In this document: piece by piece, positions 20,529-29,461 of the stretch
Position numbering within the stretch: the stretch's first letter is position 1
How the letters are laid out: each line of letters opens with the position of its first letter
IMG/VR virus record: IMGVR_UViG_2636415525_000002
Span: 1-64,000 of that record
DNA: 64,000 nucleotides
Direction: 5' to 3' (one strand)
Source of the DNA: a virus
Taxonomy: Duplodnaviria; Caudoviricetes
Program-made: the position numbers and the translations under genes
The notes under the pieces: generated by a model
Told to the model about the DNA's origin: nothing
Databases searched by the model: none
What the model saw: only the letters and a program-made list of their open reading frames with translations

Positions 20529-21140
20529 GTGATACGAATTCACACGCGGTTCGCGAATCTGATCCCTGTGAGTTCCAATATGACGCCCATCCAATTTAGA
20601 ACGATCGAAGAAGCCAAAGCGCTCGCGATTCCCGACACGTCTATGGCGTCGATGGACGAAGCGCGTCGAGATTTCGATTTTGCCGTCAACGGGAACGCGA
20701 GTCGACTCGTGAAGGTGAGGCGCATCTATCACGCGGCAGACCTCCTGGCGGCGGCCGTTTCGTCCGTAGCGGTATGCCAGAAAGGCTGCAATCATTGTTG
20801 CCACATCGACGTCGGGATCGTCGAAGTTGAAGCGCAATATATCGAACGAAATGTCGGTGTGAAGATGAAGGCGGGCTCGAGGCGAAGCTCTGGCTATGGC
20901 GAGACCAAAACGCCCTGCCCCTTCTTGCAAGCCGACGGCGCATGTGGCATCTATGAATTCAGGCCGTTCGCTTGCCGGACACACTTCGCGCTCGATGATC
21001 CACGCTATTGCGACGAGAACACCACCACGCACGTGACATACGACTCTCGCGGTAATCCCATGCTATCTGGATTGGCACGCTTGCTCATGCAATTGAACAA
21101 TCGAAATAACTGGCGAGATATTCGCGATTTCTTTGGCTGA
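20529..21140 (+). CDS. YkgJ-family cysteine-cluster (Zn/Fe-S) protein
   Basis: CQKGCNHCC ... CPFL...CGIYEFRPFACR. Start uncertain. Confidence 0.85.
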   Translation: MIRIHTRFANLIPVSSNMTPIQFRTIEEAKALAIPDTSMASMDEARRDFDFAVNGNASRLVKVRRIYHAADLLAAAVSSVAVCQKGCNHCCHIDVGIVEVEAQYIERNVGVKMKAGSRRSSGYGETKTPCPFLQADGACGIYEFRPFACRTHFALDDPRYCDENTTTHVTYDSRGNPMLSGLARLLMQLNNRNNWRDIRDFFG

Positions 21141-21424
21141 CGAATTCGAGCACCTTCGGGCTCACGACTTTTCGGCATCGGCGGATTCCGCATCGTTAGC
21201 GCGAACCTTTTTCGGCTGCCCTATACGAGACCTTCGCTGCTTGGCCGAGGCCATGCCCGCTCACCCACGCTCATGCTGTCATCGCGGCATGACGTATCGC
21301 TCACACTGGACTTCGAATTGACGATGCCTCAGGCATTCGTGTGTGCTCTTCGTCGCATTCGACAGCTTCAGATACAATCCTTCGAATCTGGTGGTAATGA
21401 GAAACTGCGATTAACGGAGCACAT

Positions 21425-22825
21425 GTGGACGCGAGTCAGACCGAAATCTTTTCCGCTCTTTTCTCGCCGGCGGCATTCTCAGAGGTCTTCACTTCGCGGT
21501 TCGCCAGAGCACGTAGCAAAGGCATCGACCGGTTGAGCGGATTTCAGTTTGCGCAACGGTCTGCTGTGGCTCTCACAGTCGCCAGCTACAAGTGTGTGAA
21601 CGGCTCGTTTCGCTTCTCGCCGTACCTCGAAGCGTTGAAGCTCAAGGGACGAGGTAAAGCCCCACGCGTGGTTGGAATTCCAACCATCAGGGACCGAGTT
21701 GTCTTGCATCAGCTCAATGCGTTCCTGAAGACCGTTTTCCCGGAATGCATTCCAGCAAACATTGCAAACGGGTATGTGCGACAGATAGCGGCCGACATTC
21801 CGCTACGCGCACCGAACGAGACGTTTGTCTACGGCGGAGACATTAAGAATTTCTACGATGCGATTCCCCGCGAACGCATGGTCAAAGTACTGGAAAAACG
21901 GATTACGGTTCCTGCGGCGCTAGACCTGATTCGAAGGGCAATTGCCACACCGACTGTCACCAAAAATTCTACCCGTACCCGGCGAAGCACAGGAGGACTT
22001 GAGCGCGGCGTTCCTCAGGGTCTGTCGATTTCGAATCTTCTCGCTGCGATCTACTTGCACTCGGTAGACGCGGAAATGCGTCGCTCTTTCAACGTAAGTT
22101 ACTTTCGCTACGTTGACGACATTCTGATCTACGGCGCGCGCAACGACGTTGAAAAAGCAAAGGCATCGCTCAAGGCGCGCCTGCAACGACGAGGACTGAG
22201 CCTGCACGCGGCTGGCTCAGGCAAGGCCCATTTTGCGGCGCTGGAAGAGCCGTTCGGCTATCTTGGCTATCTGTTCAACTCGCCAGCGATTACGGTTCGT
22301 GAGTCCACTGTAGAGCGGCTTCTGCAGTCACTTTCCGCACAGTTCAGTAGCTTTTCTCACAACAAGGATCGGCGTCTCGAAAAACACGCCTACCTCAACA
22401 TTGAACGCCTTAAAGAGATTTTTCTTCTCGAGCTCAACGATCGGATCACAGGCGCAATCAGCGAGAACCAGCGCTTCGGCTGGATCGCATTTTTCAGCCA
22501 GATCAACGACCTGACGCTTCTTCATCGTCTCGACTACGCGGTAAGCGCCATGTTTGAGCGCCTGCCTGAATTCGATCGCCGAAGCCCGCCCGGATTGAAG
22601 CGGTTCGCCCGAGCCTTTTTCGAAATCAAGTATCGACCCAACGGCAGCTACGTGCGCAACTACGACAGGAACGACACGCCGGTGCGAATGCTGCAGTTTC
22701 TAGTCGAGCGCGGCCGGGTTGCTCCGACAGAAATGCTGACCGACCAGCAGATTGCCAATCGTTACCAGAGTTACCTCGCTCGAGCGTTGGCCGCCATGCA
22801 TGCCGACGAAGGCTTCGCATACTAG
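21425..22825 (+). CDS. Reverse transcriptase, UG/Abi defence-associated type (UG17/DRT10-like)
   Basis: KGID (region 0), PTIRDR, DIKNFYD, GVPQGLSISN, catalytic YVDD, YLGY, and a C-terminal helical extension with GWIAFFSQIND. GGAG RBS then GTG. RT identity is secure, the subfamily is inferred. Confidence 0.9.
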   Translation: MDASQTEIFSALFSPAAFSEVFTSRFARARSKGIDRLSGFQFAQRSAVALTVASYKCVNGSFRFSPYLEALKLKGRGKAPRVVGIPTIRDRVVLHQLNAFLKTVFPECIPANIANGYVRQIAADIPLRAPNETFVYGGDIKNFYDAIPRERMVKVLEKRITVPAALDLIRRAIATPTVTKNSTRTRRSTGGLERGVPQGLSISNLLAAIYLHSVDAEMRRSFNVSYFRYVDDILIYGARNDVEKAKASLKARLQRRGLSLHAAGSGKAHFAALEEPFGYLGYLFNSPAITVRESTVERLLQSLSAQFSSFSHNKDRRLEKHAYLNIERLKEIFLLELNDRITGAISENQRFGWIAFFSQINDLTLLHRLDYAVSAMFERLPEFDRRSPPGLKRFARAFFEIKYRPNGSYVRNYDRNDTPVRMLQFLVERGRVAPTEMLTDQQIANRYQSYLARALAAMHADEGFAY

Positions 22826-22841
22826 GGAAGTCGGCTATACT
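22814..22841 (+). promoter_or_regulatory. Putative sigma70 promoter for the intergenic ncRNA
   Basis: TATACT -10 box at 22836-22841, weak -35 TTCGCA at 22814-22819. Predicted TSS near 22848 coincides with the 5' arm of the closing stem. Confidence 0.55.
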
Positions 22842-22847
22842 TTTTGC

Positions 22848-23013
22848 GCGCGACACCTACCGCCGTTAGGTGGTACCTCGGGCCCAGGGCCACGAGCGGA
22901 AGTGCTCCATTTTCGGCTTCATGCCGATTCCCGTTTCCCCGGGAACCTCGTGCGGACGCTGCTGTATGCGTTGTCGGGCGAGTGGATATTGCCTGATCCT
23001 CCAGGTGTCGCGC
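22848..23013 (+). ncRNA. Putative RT-associated structured ncRNA (template RNA)
   Basis: Perfect 11-bp terminal inverted repeat GCGCGACACCT / AGGTGTCGCGC enclosing five or more hairpins, located between the RT and SLATT genes. Confidence 0.75.
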
Positions 23014-23032
23014 CCTTCCTGACGAGGCGCTA

Positions 23033-23671
23033 ATGAGAGATACACTAGAACGACTAAAAACGACCATCTGGATCACTGCAGGTGCCCGATACAACGCGTC
23101 CAGACGTCTATTGCTTCGAGACTCGTTTTCGACCGTCAGCCTTGCCATGTTCTCGGTGGTGACAATCGGTCTGGCCGTCGTTCAGAAAATCTACTTTACC
23201 GCAGACTCGCCTGCCGACAAATACGGCACTGTACTGGGCGTTACCCTCGGCGCGTTCCTTCTCGCCATCAGCCTTCTGGAAGCGGGAAAAGGCAACGCCC
23301 TTTTGGCCGATGCCTTGCACCGCAACGCGGAAGAACTCACAGCGCTTACAAAGCGCATTGATCTACGAGTCTCGGCACACGATGCCGGCCGGTTGTTGAC
23401 TGAAGCAGATTTGGCCGAGTTCAACGAGGGCTATGAATCCATCAAGGCTCGCTGCGTCACGAACCACGCACCCAAGGATTATCTCCTCTTCATCGGTGAG
23501 AAGCGCATGGCACCGGAGTTTGCGAAACAAGACGGAACTCCCCGCGTGACCGGGTGGCAGTATCGTTGCCGACACACTTGGTGGCTTCTGTCGAGCGTCT
23601 GGTATTTTCTTTTGCTGTGGCTTACGATCGCCTACCTATGCTACGAAAACTGGGCCCAGTACGCGCGATGA
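23033..23671 (+). CDS. SLATT-domain (SLATT_5-like) transmembrane effector
   Basis: IWITAGARYNASRRL N-terminal motif, two TM helices, conserved H..A..L, YE...NH..DY and a C-terminal TM helix. GAGG RBS. Confidence 0.8.
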   Translation: MRDTLERLKTTIWITAGARYNASRRLLLRDSFSTVSLAMFSVVTIGLAVVQKIYFTADSPADKYGTVLGVTLGAFLLAISLLEAGKGNALLADALHRNAEELTALTKRIDLRVSAHDAGRLLTEADLAEFNEGYESIKARCVTNHAPKDYLLFIGEKRMAPEFAKQDGTPRVTGWQYRCRHTWWLLSSVWYFLLLWLTIAYLCYENWAQYAR

Positions 23672-23723
23672 GCGCTCAACTCGCCGTCCGAAGCTACGTC
23701 GTACCAGCGTCGCAGGCCCATCG

Positions 23724-24458
23724 ATGATAAATGCTCTTCCTTTCGCGCTCGTTTTGTACTGGCTGCTCGAATATGTGGTCAGGCGCGCAAGCTACTGTGC
23801 TGAAATGGAGCCTCCCGCCTTTCAACCGCCGTGGCAAACGGGATGCGAATGGGCCATTGTGATTAGCCCGGGATTCTGGCTCTCGCATTATTTCAAGAGC
23901 CGCATTCAACATTTCGCCGGCACCAACGCGGTGTCGGCCAGAAGAACCCTGATTACGCGAAGCAATTGGCTCAACGTGTTGGTCAGTATGATACTTCTAA
24001 TTCTGGGCCTCCTTACGGTGCTTGCGGCGCGCGGGACATTCGGCTGCTCGCTCGTCGCTGACCTCGTCGTGGTGCGCTACATTTCGCGCACCACCGAGAT
24101 CGGCTACGCATTTGGACGCGATGTCATGACGCCCCCCGACAACCGGAGCGGCCTCGACAAGCATGCACGTCTTACGCTCGCACTGCGTAGTTACGTCGAA
24201 CTGTTCGTGCTTGCTGTGCCAGTCTATCTCCTCTGCGTGCCGCACTACGAGACCGTGCTCAAGGCTCTTACGCTCTCGCTATCTGTCGGCACGCTCACCA
24301 ACGTCGGATACGGCTTCGTGGACGGGCACGGATTTCGAGCGCTTCTCGTCTTTCCCCAGGTTTTCTCAACGCTTAGCCTGGTCTTGCTCAGCCTTGCTTC
24401 CTACATTTCCCGGCCAGAGCCGAAAACGACTCGCGAAGCGGACACGGAGCCAAAATGA
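23724..24458 (+). CDS. Membrane protein with potassium-channel-like pore signature
   Basis: Several TM helices, with SVGTLTNVGYG between the last two resembling the TxGYG selectivity filter. Confidence 0.65.
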   Translation: MINALPFALVLYWLLEYVVRRASYCAEMEPPAFQPPWQTGCEWAIVISPGFWLSHYFKSRIQHFAGTNAVSARRTLITRSNWLNVLVSMILLILGLLTVLAARGTFGCSLVADLVVVRYISRTTEIGYAFGRDVMTPPDNRSGLDKHARLTLALRSYVELFVLAVPVYLLCVPHYETVLKALTLSLSVGTLTNVGYGFVDGHGFRALLVFPQVFSTLSLVLLSLASYISRPEPKTTREADTEPK

Positions 24459-24830
24459 TCATGTCGTTTTACCTCGATGAAAGCGGTCACAGTGGCAACC
24501 TCGTCAAGATTGGCGCTGCATACGATTTTCTTGACCAGCCGTACTTCTCACTGGCTGCGTCGGCGTTGAAGACGAGCAGCGATTGATGCGCCTGGTCGGC
24601 GAATTGAAACTCCGGCATCGGTTGCCGTCAGGCGAGCTCAAATCAAAGGGATTAGTGAGCAAACCAGCGTTCGTTTGCTGAACTCATCGAGACGAATCTA
24701 CGAGAGCATTTGCCTGTATTCGTTGAAGTGGTCGACAAGCGATATTTCGCTTGCATTCAAGTCGTCCTCAACCAGCTCTTGTCGCCGGTTCTGGGCTACG
24801 GACATCTGCGCTGTGCAACTCCGAGCTGAA
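24455..24830 (+). pseudogene. Frameshifted, truncated DUF3800-like gene
   Basis: Starts MIMSFYLDESGHSG. Other frames give GELKSKGL and VFVEVVDKRYF. At least two frameshifts. End approximate. Confidence 0.6.
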
Positions 24831-25170
24831 GCTTTTCCCGTAAGGCACTCGTTCCCCAACAATCTCCGGCCGCTTCCGGGTCACGTTCGCGTCAGCCTGC
24901 ATGGTCTACTCGTTTCCTCTCATTGCCACGGCATATTGGAAGATATTTAGTTGCCTTGGTCTCAATGCCATGCTCGTTCGAGCCGTGTACAGACAGTTTG
25001 TCGATCTCTGCTGCCAGGCGACGAGATCTCCAAGGAGCACCAAGAACAAGCGCGGCAAACGGAACGACAGACTTTTCCTCGTTGAGCATGGCTATAATGG
25101 TTCGCAGCACTCTTCAGCATTTACAACACGGTAAAAAGAATACAGACATCGTCTCTACGGGGAAACCATC

Positions 25171-26589
25171 ATGCCAGCACTCGACGAAAAAATCGTCGCC
25201 GACGTGGCCGAACGACTTCGCCGACACCTCGCCGGTAAAGCGGGATACGGGGATGCAGAATATCTAGCATCAGGTGGGTCAGCAGCAGTATTTTTAGTCC
25301 CGTCGCCTGCAGGGCAGTCCGTGTTCAAAGGATTTAACCCGAAATTCCTTGACGGAGTCTCGGGAGCCGCCGAGCGAAAGCGTTTAGATTTGCAACGAAA
25401 GCTAATAGGACATACTTGCCCTTCGCTAATCCAAACATTCGACGTTATCGAAGCCGAGGGTACGGCTTTCGTAGAGATGGAATACCTGGACTGGCCGCCA
25501 CTCACCGAAACTCTCGGCACGGTACCCGATGAAGCAATCATTCCCCTATTCACTCAGCTCGTCGACGCAGTTAAGTTTTTGGACACGCTCGGGATGGTCC
25601 ATCGTGACATCAAACCCGAAAACATCCACGTTTCGGCAGATTTCACGGCACTTAAACTGCTCGACCTTGGAGTTGTGCGAGAGATTGAGCAGAACGACGC
25701 CCCAGATGGCGCAATAACGGACCATGGAAGTACTCGACCGTTTCTTGCCACCGCGCAGTACAGTTCGCCAGAATACCTGTTCCGACTGGATGAGCCGTCT
25801 CCGAAACTATGGAAGGGGCTAAACTTCTACCAGCTTGGCGCCGTACTGCACGACCTCGTAGCAAAGCAGCCTCTATTTCAGTACGAGATGAGCCTCGAAA
25901 ATAGATGGCTTGTCGCGCGAGCGGTGCTCACAAAGGTGCCTGTATTCGTCGACGGCAACGCTGCACGATTGGCAAGCCTAAAATCGCTTGCGTCGCGTTG
26001 CCTCGTGAAAGATTTGGAATCCCGGCTCCAACTGGTAGGCTGGGAGGATTTCAATTTAGGGGATACGAAGGACCCCCTAGCCACATTGCGCGCCAGGCTT
26101 GCGAAAGGCAAGGTGAATGTGGGCGGCCAATTGAGCGCGGCCAACGCCTCGCGGCTCGACTTCGATAGAGGCGAATTCTTCCGTCGCTTCTGCGAAATGG
26201 TTCGGACCGAACTCTTGCAGGTATGCGGAACCGATATGCCTCTCACGCTCCGCCCGTCGGCCCCCGGAGATGTGCAGGTTGCTCAGCTAATTTTAGCTGT
26301 AAGCTCCGAGTGGACAGTCGAGTGCGAGCTACATTTCGATTGGCAGCAACAGCTTTATGAAAGAACCGTCAACGTGTCGCTTCAGGCAAAGTTGGTGCAA
26401 GCGGCGCAGCCCGTTGGTAAAGTTCAAACTAGCGCGAGGTTGGTCACCGTAGCTTCTATCGGAGAAAACGAAGCAGAGGGGGCCGCGACGGCTGCCTGCG
26501 CGGTGGCACAAGTGGCAGGCTCTGCTCTTGACCGACTAGAGAGCGCAGCGGATGCAAGCACACTCCACGATGCCGACCTAATTGCGTAA
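25171..26589 (+). CDS. Hanks-type Ser/Thr protein kinase with C-terminal domain of unknown function
   Basis: LASGGSAAVF Gly-loop, VFK, HRDIKPEN catalytic loop, DLG and YSSPE. TATAAT upstream at 25093-25098. Confidence 0.9.
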   Translation: MPALDEKIVADVAERLRRHLAGKAGYGDAEYLASGGSAAVFLVPSPAGQSVFKGFNPKFLDGVSGAAERKRLDLQRKLIGHTCPSLIQTFDVIEAEGTAFVEMEYLDWPPLTETLGTVPDEAIIPLFTQLVDAVKFLDTLGMVHRDIKPENIHVSADFTALKLLDLGVVREIEQNDAPDGAITDHGSTRPFLATAQYSSPEYLFRLDEPSPKLWKGLNFYQLGAVLHDLVAKQPLFQYEMSLENRWLVARAVLTKVPVFVDGNAARLASLKSLASRCLVKDLESRLQLVGWEDFNLGDTKDPLATLRARLAKGKVNVGGQLSAANASRLDFDRGEFFRRFCEMVRTELLQVCGTDMPLTLRPSAPGDVQVAQLILAVSSEWTVECELHFDWQQQLYERTVNVSLQAKLVQAAQPVGKVQTSARLVTVASIGENEAEGAATAACAVAQVAGSALDRLESAADASTLHDADLIA

Positions 26590-26604
26590 ACCCGGGGAGC
26601 AAAA

Positions 26605-27768
26605 ATGAACAAAGGTTGGTTTAGGTCAGTAAAAGAGCTTGACGACGACCAGAAGGCGTTCATCAAGCTTCCTCCATATGGCAAACACTCACTGGTTGGG
26701 CCGCCCGGATCAGGAAAGACAAATCTCTTATTACTTCGCGCAGAGTTTCTTGCGGGTACTGGCGAGAAGAATGTCCTTATTGTTACCTATACTCGTGCGC
26801 TGGCCGATTTCATTCGGACAGGCATCGGAGCCGCCGGCCTAATATCTCCCGACCAAGTTAAAACTTACCACTCCTGGGCATCAGACCATATTTTTCAGTA
26901 TTTGGGCCGTCCTGCACTGCAAAAGAACATTGACTTTGACGACCAGTCTCGCGCCGAAGTATTGGCATTGGTTAAAGAAGCAAACCTCCACATCCCAGCC
27001 CCCAAGCTCTTTAGCGCGATATTCGTAGATGAGGCGCAAGATCTAACATCAGAAGAGCTGGAGGCCCTTTTGGGCTTAAGCGATAATGTTTGCATTTGCG
27101 GCGATAATCGCCAGGGAATTTATAATCGAGATGGATTGACCATCGCCGACAAGTTGAGCTTGCAGCAGCACACTTTAAAGCGCCATTTTCGCATTGGCCA
27201 GCGCATAGCGCGCGTTGCGGATCGTTTGTTGCCACCCGCGTCGGGTGCTAATAGCCTAGAAGCGACGTCAAACTATAACCCAAAGGAACAAGGGGAATCC
27301 AGTGCGAAAATGCATCTCTTGAAAAGCAGGGATGAACAGTTCGAGAAGATGCTCGAAATAATACGCATCCAGCTTGATGCTTTTGCCGGCGACACAATCG
27401 GGATTTTTTGCGGAAAAAAGGATACCCGAACCGAGTTACGTGAAAGATTCAATTCGACCGACCTTGCCGATAAAGTGGCAGTTCATGGGGTGGATGCCGA
27501 TTCGACTTTCATGGGTGGGCGCCCGATTCATGTTTTAACTATGCATGGCGCAAAGGGAACCGAATTTCGGGCTGTGCATATGTACGCCACCGAGGAGCTT
27601 GCCGATTTTCCATTGAATCGTTCCCGACTTGGGTTTACGGCAATAACGCGAGCAAAGACCGCGCTGAATGCTTATCGCACAGGCGAAACAAACAAACCTC
27701 TCGAAAATGCATTCTCCGAACCAACGCATTTTGACCTTGAAGATTTACTGCCAGGTGATGCAGCATGA
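26605..27768 (+). CDS. Compact superfamily-1 (UvrD-like) helicase/ATPase
   Basis: GPPGSGKT, VDEAQD, GDNRQGIY, HFR, HGAKGTEF and TAITRAK. Confidence 0.88.
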   Translation: MNKGWFRSVKELDDDQKAFIKLPPYGKHSLVGPPGSGKTNLLLLRAEFLAGTGEKNVLIVTYTRALADFIRTGIGAAGLISPDQVKTYHSWASDHIFQYLGRPALQKNIDFDDQSRAEVLALVKEANLHIPAPKLFSAIFVDEAQDLTSEELEALLGLSDNVCICGDNRQGIYNRDGLTIADKLSLQQHTLKRHFRIGQRIARVADRLLPPASGANSLEATSNYNPKEQGESSAKMHLLKSRDEQFEKMLEIIRIQLDAFAGDTIGIFCGKKDTRTELRERFNSTDLADKVAVHGVDADSTFMGGRPIHVLTMHGAKGTEFRAVHMYATEELADFPLNRSRLGFTAITRAKTALNAYRTGETNKPLENAFSEPTHFDLEDLLPGDAA

Positions 27769-29174
27769 ATGAACACTTCATTCGTTGGCAAATGTACCCA
27801 CGGGATATTGTTCCCGAGGCGCTATTGGGTGCACTCCATCGTTGGAACGGCCCCGCGCAATTCTCGATTGAACCCTATGACCTAAGGGAGTCGCGGATAG
27901 CCGTTGGGTATTCCGATTCGCGGATGAGAGCCGACTACAATCCGCCTGTTCTCTTAGTGCTTGAAGACGAGTCGGCCATTGAAGCGCTTGCGTGGCTTAG
28001 AACATATGCTCCCGAGACAGCACCGCTGAGCCAGTACGCGCGGGTAGTCACCAGTCAAGATTGGGCGATTTTCAATAGACCCCCGCGAGATGTACGCGAT
28101 TCACGAGAGGATATTTGGGCGTCTGTCATTTTGGGTGAGGTTTTGGCGCATGGTGAAACCGACGTCGAACTGGCAGCTGTTCCTCTTTCGCGCGCTGGGG
28201 CATGTTTCTCCATGGCAATCGCACGGGCAGCCTGCACACATGGAACGGACGAGGCGACCAAGATGTGTGCCGACCGGCTGCGGCAGGTCGAAGCAGACCG
28301 ACGTTTCGTTCGGCGCGCAGTTACGGTCAGCGATCTGATGCCCATCTGGGCGATGGCTGGAGGTCAATTTGGAACGCCCGTTTCCGTCGAGGAGACCGCT
28401 AATCTGGTCCTCGATGCTGCGTTGAAGTTTATGCGCGACTCCGACCGCGCCGCCTTATTTTCAACGTCATTGAGTCTACAGAACATCCCGGGGCTCTCAA
28501 GCGATTCTATTGAAGAACGGGTCTTGGCTTTTCAACGTCTTTCTGCCGAATTAACAAATACAGAGTTACACGGTGCCAACAACGGACTACCCTCTGTCCT
28601 GCTCGCAGCAGCCGCATTCTTAGTAGGTCGGAGCACGTCCCATGTATTCCTGTTGAATCGCATTAGCAAGCGATTTCCTGCCGCACTAGCGTGGTACGGG
28701 CTGATTGCCGGGCTCGCAGGTCCATCAGCCTGGGATGCCGGGTGGTCTAAGGCTGCCAAGGGCATAGAGCGACAAGTGCGGTCGCGCTTCGACTGGTCGG
28801 AGTCCACAGGATTCGACCTGTGTTGGATTGAGTACTCATGGATGGCCTCAACCTTCGACGGACCAGATGCCTTCAATTCGCTCCCGAAGCTATCGCCTCG
28901 GGTCATTTCAATCGAAACCGTTCCCGGTGCGACATGTCAATTTCGTTTGGCGACAGGTTCCACGCTGGATTCGGATGCTCGGCTATCCAACGACAATACT
29001 CGCGAGAAGGATCTTCAGGCAGCCTTGTCGCAGTTTGTGACGCTAGCTAACCGAGCCCGCCATTTGCTGGAAGCGGCATATGTGCCCAGTCAGCAGAGCA
29101 TGGAGTTGTTCGATAGCGACGTCATCGCGCGCGGACGTTCCACTAAGGGCAAGAAAGGGAAATCCTCAAGCTAA
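27765..29174 (+). CDS. Hypothetical protein (469 aa), third gene of the kinase-helicase operon
   Basis: ATGA overlap with the helicase stop. Long ORF with no motif I recognise. Confidence 0.8.
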   Translation: MNEHFIRWQMYPRDIVPEALLGALHRWNGPAQFSIEPYDLRESRIAVGYSDSRMRADYNPPVLLVLEDESAIEALAWLRTYAPETAPLSQYARVVTSQDWAIFNRPPRDVRDSREDIWASVILGEVLAHGETDVELAAVPLSRAGACFSMAIARAACTHGTDEATKMCADRLRQVEADRRFVRRAVTVSDLMPIWAMAGGQFGTPVSVEETANLVLDAALKFMRDSDRAALFSTSLSLQNIPGLSSDSIEERVLAFQRLSAELTNTELHGANNGLPSVLLAAAAFLVGRSTSHVFLLNRISKRFPAALAWYGLIAGLAGPSAWDAGWSKAAKGIERQVRSRFDWSESTGFDLCWIEYSWMASTFDGPDAFNSLPKLSPRVISIETVPGATCQFRLATGSTLDSDARLSNDNTREKDLQAALSQFVTLANRARHLLEAAYVPSQQSMELFDSDVIARGRSTKGKKGKSSS

Positions 29175-29217
29175 AAGATTCGGCTCGCGATCGCCGAGCA
29201 TCGTCGTGCCTTGTCGG

Positions 29218-29251
29218 GATGCACTGGATGGTTAAAGCCATCCGGTGCATC
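29218..29251. repeat. 14-bp inverted repeat (hairpin) downstream of the operon
   Basis: GATGCACTGGATGG-TTAAAG-CCATCCGGTGCATC with one G-T pair and no U tract. Confidence 0.55.
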
Positions 29252-29387
29252 AACAACGGCCGTCTGAAGTTTGACCTTCCGGCCAACTCCATTCATGCGC
29301 CAGCGCGCGCTCACTTCGTCTGATGCCATGAGCTCGGATACAATCACACGCTCAGCGTAGCGGCACAGTCGCCGCCCTCTACTTCTC

Positions 29388-29461
29388 GGGCTCGTAGCTC
29401 AGTTGGTTAAAGCAGTCGACTCATAATCGATTGGTCGCCGGTTCGAGTTCGGCCGGGCCAA
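29388..29461 (+). tRNA. tRNA with CAT anticodon, Ile2 (lysidine)-like, with imperfect acceptor end
   Basis: TAGCTCAGTTGGTTAAAGCA D arm, GTCGA-CTCATAA-TCGAT anticodon arm and GCCGG-TTCGAGT-TCGGC T arm. G1:A72 mismatch and no encoded CCA. Confidence 0.8.

Noticed and set aside
21141-23013. RT as a retron, group II intron or DGR
   Set aside because: No retron VTG/NAxxH motifs and no clear a1/a2 repeats upstream. No room or domain V/VI structure for an intron RNA and no endonuclease domain. No TR/VR repeat pair or avd gene seen. A phylogeny would settle it.
22752-23148. Short ORFs across the RT-SLATT gap (22752..23033 +, 22822..23148 -)
   Set aside because: No RBS or motifs, and the region is better explained as structured RNA. 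A cryptic ORF formed in concatemeric cDNA, as in DRT2, cannot be excluded from sequence alone.
24830-25170. Short ORFs upstream of the kinase
   Set aside because: No recognisable product. Probably a deletion scar plus the promoter region.
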